A stretch of 63,414 nucleotides of DNA, filler included. It is 4 parts of 4 records of this genome, joined end to end, with 100 filler letters (N's around TTAATTAATTAA, not from the genome) between each part and the next. Parts side by side here need not be neighbours in the genome. Positions count along the whole stretch, not along the records: positions 39,829 to 58,055 come from DRR723986_8701; 3 more parts are not named here. One strand, 5' to 3'. Positions within the stretch are counted from its first letter, which is position 1. Every line of letters begins with the position of its first letter. The translations under genes were made by a program, and so were the position numbers. A model generated the notes under the pieces. The model made no database searches and had not been told where the DNA came from. It was given only the letters and a program-made list of their open reading frames with translations. Positions 39,911 through 47,878 of the stretch are shown here, in pieces.

Positions 39911-40258
39911 GATCCCACCCACCCAATGACATCCAGCTCACAACCTTGTCTAATTACTTTAGCAGCGGGTACCAACTCACCGTCCACCATTTTGGCGGAT
40001 TTTGATTTGGATTGAGTTTCTTGATGAGCGCTCAGCAGGTGTCACAAAATTCTGTGCTGACAGAGTTTGGAACAGCCTGCAAACAAACATAATTATTTGC
40101 TCTGTGTCTTGTATGCGCTATCGCGCCCAACGAACCGAAATTTTAGTTTAAGTGACTGTAATTCGCTGTAAGTGTTGGAAATTGGCTGCTGCACAAAATG
40201 GTATTTTCCGGTCATTGTGCTCCCGCGGAATGCCGGATGAACGCATCCAGCGGATGAA

Positions 40259-40963
40259 TTAACAGATTCCGCCGCTTGACTTTTTCTTTCTCTCTTCCTG
40301 TTCATCTTCCTCATCTGCCCGACGGTCGGCAGACGCGCAGGTGCTGCGGCACGTTTCAAAATCCTGTTTGCTGAATTGCAGTTGCGGCTCCCCCTGCATT
40401 GTGTTGCGCCGAGAATCCATCTCGCTGATCCACGCAGCAAAATCGTCTACAAATGGATCATTGGAGTTGGACTTATGCCCGCGATTGACATCTGAAATTG
40501 GCAAGAGCCGATCAGGCAGCGGTACAGGCTTATCGCCAAAATACCAGAAGTGATCCGATACCAATGCATTTACTCCGCCCAAATCTGTTTCGCGATTGCC
40601 TTCATTGTGCACGCTGGGCCGCATAGCGGGAGGCTCGCCGGCCGAATAATCAAAAATGCAGTCGCCTACACGGCGCGCATAGTCATCGTGAGTCGGGTCT
40701 GGGAATTTGGCGGGAGCATGGGTGCCGCACCACGCTTCATACGCGTGCATTGGAATTGGCTTCTGAATCTTCATTGCGTAAACCACGCGATCCGAAATGT
40801 CGCCAATCGGTGAGTTAACCGAGCCAAAACCTACGACCCAGTCGCCTTCCTCGGCAACCCGGCGAATGACAGGCTTACAGATAACCAGGCTACACCAGCC
40901 TCCGTAGGGATTGGGCGCGGAACCATAATCTGATGCAACAACATATGAGAAGAGCCTTGCCAT
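40259..40963 (-). CDS. Nmad2 (nucleotide modification associated domain 2) family protein
   Basis: N-terminal signature LFSYVVASDYGSAPNPYGGWCSLVICKPVIRR..GDWVVG, then VYAM, GDCIF, H, D, LVSDHFWYFG. Confidence 0.8.
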   Translation of the reverse strand: MARLFSYVVASDYGSAPNPYGGWCSLVICKPVIRRVAEEGDWVVGFGSVNSPIGDISDRVVYAMKIQKPIPMHAYEAWCGTHAPAKFPDPTHDDYARRVGDCIFDYSAGEPPAMRPSVHNEGNRETDLGGVNALVSDHFWYFGDKPVPLPDRLLPISDVNRGHKSNSNDPFVDDFAAWISEMDSRRNTMQGEPQLQFSKQDFETCRSTCASADRRADEEDEQEERKKKSSGGIC

Positions 40964-41285
40964 TTCTTGTCTCCAATTGCTAAACTAGCTTGGTGAGCAC
41001 CGGCAATCTTGTGATATTCCGATGCTTATCATTATTTTTGTTATACTTTAAATAACACTTTTATTCTTACAGCACCAAACTTCAGACACAAAATCAAAAG
41101 ACCCAGGCAGCAGTCGGAGTCAATAATTTCAATCCATTTCGGCTGTTGCAGACTTTTATACAAGGTGATTCTGGCATGCCAGTGAGATGAGCATTGCTAA
41201 TATTCTACGATAATGAGACTTGTACAAAACTGGGCCGCTTTGAGAATTGAACATTTCTCGAGACTGGCTACTTGAGCCACAACTA

Positions 41286-41354
41286 TTAACAAAAGGAAAC
41301 AGCAAGCCCAACTGGACCGGCTTTGCGGGACAGGAGGCGAAGCGCTCAAGCCTT
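41286..41354 (-). repeat. Dispersed repeat family, copy 3
   Basis: Reverse complement AAGGCTTGAGCGCTTCGCC...GGCTTGCTGTTTCCTTTTGTTAA, with a longer central spacer than the other copies. Confidence 0.8.
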
Positions 41355-41380
41355 AAACACTAAAATTGAAAATGTAATTG

Positions 41381-41833
41381 TTAATCCTCTGCCAGATTTA
41401 AATACTTCTGATGTATCTCGGTTTGTTCATCAAATCGAATTGGCTGATCGTTAATATGTCGGTAAAAAGACAACAGAATAATGGACGACATTTCGTCTGG
41501 GAAAACAACACCGTACCCCTTAAACCATTCTGCCAGATGCGAATCGGACCACAATTTCCAGTTATTGCGAATCCACATACCCAGGCCAAAGTGCTGCCTG
41601 CCAATATCCTCTTCAGTTGCAGTTTTGAAGTACTCAATAACTTCGTGGGACAGTACTTTTTCGAGAGTTAACATGCAATCGTCCAGGTCCTTTGGAATGT
41701 ATCCTTCCATCTCTGCCAGGACGGCAGCCCGCTCGCGATCGGGCCCGGTAGAATCGGCACAGGTCAAAGCAAATACAAGCAGAGAAAGTATCCCAAGAGC
41801 GGCATACAGGAAGGTAAATTGAGGTCTGTACAT
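41381..41833 (-). CDS. DUF6794-domain exported protein
   Basis: Signal/lipoprotein-like N-terminus; YIPKDLDDC, HFGLGMWIRNNWKLW, PDEMSSIIL. Confidence 0.75.
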   Translation of the reverse strand: MYRPQFTFLYAALGILSLLVFALTCADSTGPDRERAAVLAEMEGYIPKDLDDCMLTLEKVLSHEVIEYFKTATEEDIGRQHFGLGMWIRNNWKLWSDSHLAEWFKGYGVVFPDEMSSIILLSFYRHINDQPIRFDEQTEIHQKYLNLAED

Positions 41834-41975
41834 GCGTGATTCTCCGGTATGTGAAACAGGAAAAGACTGTGTTCCACACTTGTAGACAATCCAGCGCTGA
41901 TTTTTCTACACCTTTACACAAAAAAACATCAAATTGCATGTGGCGACAAAACTTAACATTTAAACGGAGTGTGGA

Positions 41976-43322
41976 TCAGGCCAAGCCCGGCGCTCCCAAC
42001 ACATCCCTACCCAGCCGACGGGAAAGTAAGACGGCACGCGCTACCGTAAATGCGATCATCGAAAGCCATAAACCGTGATTTCCAATCAAGGGAACGCTAA
42101 TTGCGGCACAGGGCAAAAAGACAGCAAATGTCGCGACAATCATGGTCTGACGCATGGAAGAACCTGCCGTAGCTCCAATAAATGCGCCATCCCAAAGGTA
42201 AGCCGGCACACTTACGAGTGGAACAAAAACCATCCAAATAATGAACGTGTGCGCATAGTTAACAAGGTCGCTTTTGTCGCTGAACAGATACAAAAACTCG
42301 CGGCCAAAAACACCGATTCCAATCGCTAAAAATGCTGCGATGATCATCGACCAGATGAAGCCCGTGCGCAAATCCAGCTTCAGACGCGCAGCATCGCGTT
42401 TGCCGATAGCGTGCCCCACCAGCGATTCAATCGCAAATGCAAAACCGTCAATGCCATAAGCCACCAGCGTCCAGAACTGCATCAGCAGCTGATTGGCTGC
42501 CAGTGTTAACAGTCCCAGGCGCGGCGAAACCATGAAAAATGTGACGTACACAACTTCCAGGCAGAGCGTGCGCACAAAAATATCACCATGCAAACTAAAG
42601 AAGGCGCGTAGGCCACTACGTTCAATCACCGCCTGCCAGTTAAACGCTTTGGCAAACGGTTTATAGCGCATCCACAAAGCTGCCACGGCAACGAGTAAAC
42701 CGCTGTATTGCGCAACGACGCTGCCCCAGGCTACCCCTTCGTGTTCCAGTCCAAGCCCGTACACAAAAAACAAATTGCCCAGAATGTTAACAAGATTGAT
42801 GCCCACGGCCAGAATCATTACAATCCGAGCATTCTGCAAGCCCAGGAACCAACCGTTTAGTGCCAGCAATGCCAGAGCTGCCGGCGCAGCCAGAAATCGA
42901 ATCGTTAAGTATTCACGTGCAAAGAGGTCTGTCTGCGCCTGAACATCTGCAATTAACAGACTGACGTCTGCAATGATTGGCGCCAGTGCTATAATAATGA
43001 GCCCAAAAGGCAGCGCTACGGTTAATGCGCGATACAAAACTGTTGCGGTCGCAGCATCGTCACCACGTCCATATGCCTGCGCACCGGTTCCGGTGGCTCC
43101 CATACGCAGGAATCCAAACATCCAGTAAATGGTTGAAACAATTAAACCGCCAATGGCAATTGCTTCCAGATGTGCGATTGACGGCATACGCCCCATCATC
43201 GCCGTGTCCACTGCCGAAAGCATCGGAACGGTAATGTTGGAGATAATATTCGGAATTGCCAGCCGCAGAACGCGCCGGCGGGAAGCCGCACCCGTCAAAT
43301 CATCGCGCGACTTTTTTGCCAT
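41976..43322 (-). CDS. dinF: MATE-family efflux transporter (DinF-like)
   Basis: LAIPNIISNITVPMLSAVDTA, FGFLRMG, DGFAFA, DGAFIG; many TM helices. Confidence 0.88.
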   Translation of the reverse strand: MAKKSRDDLTGAASRRRVLRLAIPNIISNITVPMLSAVDTAMMGRMPSIAHLEAIAIGGLIVSTIYWMFGFLRMGATGTGAQAYGRGDDAATATVLYRALTVALPFGLIIIALAPIIADVSLLIADVQAQTDLFAREYLTIRFLAAPAALALLALNGWFLGLQNARIVMILAVGINLVNILGNLFFVYGLGLEHEGVAWGSVVAQYSGLLVAVAALWMRYKPFAKAFNWQAVIERSGLRAFFSLHGDIFVRTLCLEVVYVTFFMVSPRLGLLTLAANQLLMQFWTLVAYGIDGFAFAIESLVGHAIGKRDAARLKLDLRTGFIWSMIIAAFLAIGIGVFGREFLYLFSDKSDLVNYAHTFIIWMVFVPLVSVPAYLWDGAFIGATAGSSMRQTMIVATFAVFLPCAAISVPLIGNHGLWLSMIAFTVARAVLLSRRLGRDVLGAPGLA

Positions 43323-44166
43323 CCTGGTCGTACTTGTAGAATCCTTCGCCGGTTTTGCGGCCCCACAACTTGGCGTCTACATACTGCTGCTGCATCAGCG
43401 ACGGCTCAAAACGTGGCTCGTTAAAGTATTGTTGCCAAACGGATTTGGTTACTTCCAGGTTCGTGTCTACGCCAATCAGGTCCATCAACTCAAAAGGCCC
43501 CATGCGGAAGCCCGCGCCTTTCATGATCTTATCGACCTGCTCCACGCTCGCAGTCCGCTCAGTACAAACTCGCTGTGCTTCGTTGTAAAAATTGCGTGCC
43601 ACACGGTTAACAATAAAGCCTGGCACGTCGGCGGCTACGGCCGGCGATTTGCGTAGTGACTTAGCCAATTCCACAGTTTTGTCCACAACTGCCTGACTGG
43701 TTTTAACGCCGCGAATGACTTCCACCAGCTTCATGATATGCGCCGGGTTAAAGAAGTGCATACCAACAAAACGCTCAGGATGTTTAAACTCGGCCGCCAG
43801 TGACGTCACCGATATCGAACTGGTGTTGGTAGCGATGATAACATCTTTGCCCACCGTGTCTTCCAGAGTCGCAAAGAGCTTGTTTTTAATGTCACGGCGT
43901 TCAACAATCGCTTCAATCACAAAGTCGCATTTCTTAAACTCGGCCAAATCTTTGGTAAAACAGTATTCTTTGAGCGCCGCATCCGCCTTTTCCTGCGTCA
44001 TCAGCTTGCGCGCCACGGCTTTTTCAAGCTGCTTTTTAACAAATGCGTCACCGCGATCAATTGACTCCTGGTGGACATCAAAGAGGAGCGCCTGATGCCC
44101 GTTCTGGATGGCGGCCACGGCTATTCCGGCCCCCATTGTCCCTGCGCCACAAATTCCGATGAGCAT
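43300..44166 (-). CDS. 3-hydroxyacyl-CoA dehydrogenase (PaaH/Hbd-like)
   Basis: GAGTMGAGIA, EAIVE, TNTSSIS, GMHFFNP, PGFIVNR, MGPFELMDLIG, GRKTGEGFY. Confidence 0.93.
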   Translation of the reverse strand: MLIGICGAGTMGAGIAVAAIQNGHQALLFDVHQESIDRGDAFVKKQLEKAVARKLMTQEKADAALKEYCFTKDLAEFKKCDFVIEAIVERRDIKNKLFATLEDTVGKDVIIATNTSSISVTSLAAEFKHPERFVGMHFFNPAHIMKLVEVIRGVKTSQAVVDKTVELAKSLRKSPAVAADVPGFIVNRVARNFYNEAQRVCTERTASVEQVDKIMKGAGFRMGPFELMDLIGVDTNLEVTKSVWQQYFNEPRFEPSLMQQQYVDAKLWGRKTGEGFYKYDQDGKKVAR

Positions 44167-44310
44167 ACTATTACCACTTTATCTACAATGAATGAAATAC
44201 TTTTTCAGGAGCTTAACAGCTCAATGCTGCCGGCTATTCTCAGCCGGCGCGGCTTAACATTTGGATTTTCACAGTCAGAGTTTGACTGCCAAATCTTAAG
44301 CGCTTTGCAA

Positions 44311-45108
44311 TTACTTGCCCTCAAACTTGGGGCGACGTTTTTCAATAAAGGCCTGTACGCCTTCGCGGTAGTCATGGCTTTGGCCGGCGCGCTGCTGATA
44401 GTCAACTTCCATATCCAGGATCGAGTCGAGGGACTCGTTGGCACCGCGCTGCAGCATCTCTTTAACAAAACCGTAGCTCTGTGTTGGACCTTGGGCGTAG
44501 GTTTTGGCCAGGTTATGCAGGGCAGTCGGCAGCACGTCTGGCGCTACTACCTGATTAACCATTCCAAGGCGCAGCGCTTCTTCAGCTGTCATCGGCGCGT
44601 TAAGTGTTGCAAACTCAAATGCTTTGGCATAACCGAGCATGCGCGCATAGAAGTAACTTGCTCCTGAATCCGGCACAAGTGCAATTCCGATAAATGCTTC
44701 AACAAGTTTAGCGCGTTCGCTCATGATACGCACATCACAGGCCAAAGCCAGTGAGAGGCCCGCACCAGCCGCAGCACCGTTAATCCCAGCGATAATCGGT
44801 TTGGGGATCGAGCGCAGCTTGCGAATAATTGGATTGTAGCGGCGGCGCAGTGAGTCCGCAAGCGAACGTTTGCCGTCACCGCTGTCGTCAGCCGAAGGCG
44901 CTTCTTTTAGGTCCTGCCCCGAGCAAAATGCGCGGCCGGCACCTGTTAACACAATGCAGCGCACGGCGGCATCTTCTTCGGCGGCCTTCAATGCAGCTTG
45001 CAGGTCGGTTGTTAACTGTTCATTACAGGCGTTAAACGAATCCGGCCTGTTAAGTGTAATCGTCAGTACGCCGTCTTCCAGCGTGTAGAGCAAAGTTTCG
45101 AATGTCAT
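44311..45108 (-). CDS. paaG: Enoyl-CoA hydratase/isomerase, PaaG-like
   Basis: GAGRAFCSGQDL, YNP, NGAAAGAG, LVPDSG, DYREGVQAF. Confidence 0.78.
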   Translation of the reverse strand: MTFETLLYTLEDGVLTITLNRPDSFNACNEQLTTDLQAALKAAEEDAAVRCIVLTGAGRAFCSGQDLKEAPSADDSGDGKRSLADSLRRRYNPIIRKLRSIPKPIIAGINGAAAGAGLSLALACDVRIMSERAKLVEAFIGIALVPDSGASYFYARMLGYAKAFEFATLNAPMTAEEALRLGMVNQVVAPDVLPTALHNLAKTYAQGPTQSYGFVKEMLQRGANESLDSILDMEVDYQQRAGQSHDYREGVQAFIEKRRPKFEGK

Positions 45109-45163
45109 AGTATTTCTATCGTATTGTTAAGTGTAATTTGCCATTTGAAGGCGAGTGCCGGAT

Positions 45164-45943
45164 TTATTTGCCGGTCCATTTGGGGCGACGTTTTTCCATA
45201 AAGGCTTGCATGCCTTCGGTCGCATCTTCGCTGGCAAACAGCAGATAGAAGTTCTTGCGCTCAAATTCCAGGCCGTTTTCAATAGTCGTATCAAATGCTT
45301 TTAACACGGCTTCTTTACCCAGGCGCGCTGACAGCGGCGGCATGGCGGCAACGGATTTGGCAAGCGAAATTGTTTCTTCCAGATACACACTATCCGGGCA
45401 AACGCGGTTAACAAGTCCGGCAGTATGGGCTTCACGTGCGGAGATCATGCGGCCTGTTAACACCATTTCCATGGCCAGAGCTTTACCAACGGCACGTGTT
45501 AAACGTTGTGTTCCACCGGCACCGGGCATTACGCCAATTTTAATTTCGGGCTGGCCAAATCGCGCACCTTCGGCAGCCACGATCATATCGCAGATCATCA
45601 CGAGTTCACATCCGCCACCAAGCGCAAAACCACTGACTCCGGCTACGATGGGTTTCTTGATTTTTCGGATCCGATCCCAGCGCGAAAACTGGTCACGTCC
45701 AAGCATGTCGATCGCCGTGGCATCGGACATCTCGGAAATGTCGGCCCCGGCCGCAAACGCCTTTTTATCGCCGTGGATCACGATACAGCGCACGGCATCA
45801 TCAGCATCATAGGCTTCAAATGCATCGACCAGCTCACGCATGGTTTGCAGGCTCAGGGCATTGAGTTTATCGGGACGATTTATCTGGATCGCGCCAACGC
45901 CGTCGGCAGCCTGATAGGTTCGGATACATTCGAATTCACGCAT
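45164..45943 (-). CDS. paaF: Enoyl-CoA hydratase, PaaF-like
   Basis: AFAAGADI, GFALGGGCEL, FGQPEI, PGAGGTQRL, EGMQAF. ATG 45943 after GGAG. Confidence 0.78.
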   Translation of the reverse strand: MREFECIRTYQAADGVGAIQINRPDKLNALSLQTMRELVDAFEAYDADDAVRCIVIHGDKKAFAAGADISEMSDATAIDMLGRDQFSRWDRIRKIKKPIVAGVSGFALGGGCELVMICDMIVAAEGARFGQPEIKIGVMPGAGGTQRLTRAVGKALAMEMVLTGRMISAREAHTAGLVNRVCPDSVYLEETISLAKSVAAMPPLSARLGKEAVLKAFDTTIENGLEFERKNFYLLFASEDATEGMQAFMEKRRPKWTGK

Positions 45944-46122
45944 GAGCGCCGTCTCCAATCACTGATAATGGCGGAAGTTCGCCGTGGAACAGAAGCAGTT
46001 GCAAATTTACGAAAAGTGGCGTTAATAGCGGGGTTGGCCGTGCCATGGGCTCACAGTTTCTTGGCTTCCGGCCTAAGTTTTGTCTGCAATTTTTGCGGTT
46101 GGCGGCATTGCGTTTTTCTTGA

Positions 46123-46269
46123 AAGGCTTGAGCGCTTCGCCCCCTCCGGTGGCTTACTGGTTCTTTTTGTTAGTCATTGGGTGCGAAGTCGCGAGATTTT
46201 GAGTCTGAAATTCTGAGCTGTCATCGAGTCTTCAAGCCACAATCCCCACCAGCTGTGAGCCACAGGCTC
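46123..46269 (+). repeat. Long composite repeat (dispersed repeat copy 4 plus left arm of the REP-like palindrome), interrupted by IS110
   Basis: 46133-46269 aligns without gaps to 57917-58053 (constant offset 11784; about 108/137 identical by hand count). Confidence 0.9.
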
Positions 46270-46278
46270 GTAAGTTGT

Positions 46279-46513
46279 GATTGTAGTAACACAATCTTGG
46301 ACTCCTTCATCAATCCATTCAGTTTAGCCGCCTTGGCAGGGGGAAGGAAAAGCACATCTCAGGCTAGGTCTTCGAGACCGTCTGTGAGGACGAGCTTTCC
46401 TTCCCCTGGTGTATCTACAAGCTCGAAGAGTACCAGGGGTTTCGGTAGGCGCCGAACCCGATTACACGAGCAAGAGCATTGATCCACCTGCCAAGAGGCT
46501 TTTACGAGTCCAA
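46279..46513 (+). ncRNA. Predicted IS110 bridge RNA (target-binding and donor-binding loops)
   Basis: Target loop closed by GGGGAAGGAAAAGC/GCTTTCCTTCCCC with guides TCTCAGGCT (46357-46365) and CTGTGAG (46382-46388). Donor loop with guides AGAGTACCA (46427-46435) and ACGAG (46466-46470). Ends are approximate. Confidence 0.85.
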
Positions 46514-46535
46514 CAAATATACTTCGGAGGCTAGC

Positions 46536-47636
46536 GTGTCCAAACAACAGCGTTTTAACCATTGTGTGGGTATCGATGTCGGTAAAGAGTTCTTGGTCTG
46601 CCGCATCGGTCATCTTCAGGAAGACGGCAGTATCACGTATACCCGCGGGCAGGGGAAGTTTGCCAATGGCACGAAGGGTTTCACTGCGTTGCTGAGTTGG
46701 GCTACGGCGTGCATCCCCTCGGACGCGTCGCTCAGTTTTGTGCTGGAAGCCTCGGGCGTGTACCATGAGGAGGTGTCGTACTTTCTGCATCGTGCCGAGC
46801 AGTACGTCGTCGTTCTGGTGCCGCGCCGTGCGCGCCAGTTTGCTGAATCAATCGGTATTGACACGAAGAATGATAGTGTCGATGCCGCCGTACTTGCGCG
46901 TCTGGGCCTGCAGTTACACCCCAGGGCCTGGCAATGTCCGGATCCGCAGTTCCTGGCCCTCAAACGCATCATGCGGTACTACCACAGTCTGGTTGAGGAT
47001 CTTACCGCTGCCCGCAACCGCAGAGAGGCTCACAAGAGCAGTCATGCACCGGTGACTTCTCTCCTCAAAAGCCAGGACAGAATCATCGCCGCTTTGGTAC
47101 GTGAGCGTATTGCAACGATCAAATCCGCGCGCCAGCTCATCAAGTCCTTCCGTCCTGCGCTGCGCGCCAAACTCTCCTACCTGCGCTCGATTCCTGGTAT
47201 CGGTGAGATCATCGCCCTGACACTCGTGGCAGAAACCGACGGCTTTGCTCTGATGGAAAGTAAGCGCCAGATAGCCTCCTACGCCGGGCTCGACGTCCGT
47301 GAACACCAAAGTGGCAAGACAAGCGGACGATCGCGCATCTCCAAGCGGGGGAACAGCCGCATGCGTAAGGTGCTCTATATGGGAGCGCTCACAGCTGCCA
47401 ATCATAACAAGCCGCTCAAAACATGGTATGAAGTTCTAAAGGCAAAGAAAGCTACACCACAGATTGCCGTCGTCGGAGTGATGCGCAAGCTCCTTGTCCT
47501 GGCCTTTGTGATATGGAAGACCGAACGTCCCTTCGACCCAGAACACGAAGCAAACCGACGTGCCAACGCTGCGAACGATGAAGCAAGAACGAAGGACGCG
47601 ACTTCCGAAAAAGTCGCGATTTCTCTTGGTTCTTAA
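46536..47636 (+). CDS. IS110-family recombinase/transposase (366 aa)
   Basis: DEDD RuvC-like residues (VGIDVGK, VLEASG, KNDSVDA); Tnp domain SIPGIG, YAGL, HQSG with the conserved Ser, ISKRGN, MRKLL. GTG at 46536 after GGAGG (46526-46530). Confidence 0.96.
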   Translation: MSKQQRFNHCVGIDVGKEFLVCRIGHLQEDGSITYTRGQGKFANGTKGFTALLSWATACIPSDASLSFVLEASGVYHEEVSYFLHRAEQYVVVLVPRRARQFAESIGIDTKNDSVDAAVLARLGLQLHPRAWQCPDPQFLALKRIMRYYHSLVEDLTAARNRREAHKSSHAPVTSLLKSQDRIIAALVRERIATIKSARQLIKSFRPALRAKLSYLRSIPGIGEIIALTLVAETDGFALMESKRQIASYAGLDVREHQSGKTSGRSRISKRGNSRMRKVLYMGALTAANHNKPLKTWYEVLKAKKATPQIAVVGVMRKLLVLAFVIWKTERPFDPEHEANRRANAANDEARTKDATSEKVAISLGS

Positions 47637-47644
47637 CACAGTAC

Positions 47645-47660
47645 CTCACAGCTGGTGGGG
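47645..47660 (+). repeat. Right arm of the interrupted REP-like palindrome
   Basis: CTCACAGCTGGTGGGG is the exact reverse complement of CCCCACCAGCTGTGAG at 46244-46259. Confidence 0.92.
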
Positions 47661-47850
47661 AAAACTTTTGAGCTCAAAATTTGACCGCTCAACGCCTTCA
47701 GCCGCCCGCTGTCAGTCTTTCCGAGTGACGTAAGATTATATTCCTTGTGTATGTCAGCAGCGTGACATGCAGCCTTCAAGTAAACTGCCGCTACTGCTTC
47801 CGGCTATGAACTTAGGTTGTTGTTTCTTGGTTCATAACTTTAGCTTGATA

Positions 47851-47878
47851 GCTTTGGGTTGGTTGCTTTGGGTTGGTG
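47851..47878 (+). repeat. 14-bp tandem duplication
   Basis: GCTTTGGGTTGGTT GCTTTGGGTTGGTG. Confidence 0.7.

Larger units (their letters stand above)
46267..47646 (+). mobile_element. Complete IS110-family insertion sequence (IS110 group, long non-coding left end) with CT core at both junctions
   Basis: Left junction ...GAGCCACAGG-CT-CGTAAG; right junction ACAGTAC-CT-CACAGCTGGTGGGG. Removing the element restores the palindrome CCCCACCAGCTGTGAGCC-ACA-GGCTCACAGCTGGTGGGG. No terminal inverted repeats or target duplication beyond the core. Confidence 0.93.

Noticed and set aside
46479-46535. N-terminal extension of the IS110 ORF
   Set aside because: It overlaps the structured RNA; GGAGG followed by GTG at 46536 is the better start.
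40259-47646. Nmad2 and IS110 as one functional system
   Set aside because: They are separated by unrelated metabolic genes, and the IS boundaries are sharply defined and exclude Nmad2.
46244-47660. 16-bp inverted repeats around the transposase read as terminal inverted repeats of the IS
   Set aside because: They are the two arms of the host palindrome; an uninterrupted copy without the IS exists at 58028-58055.
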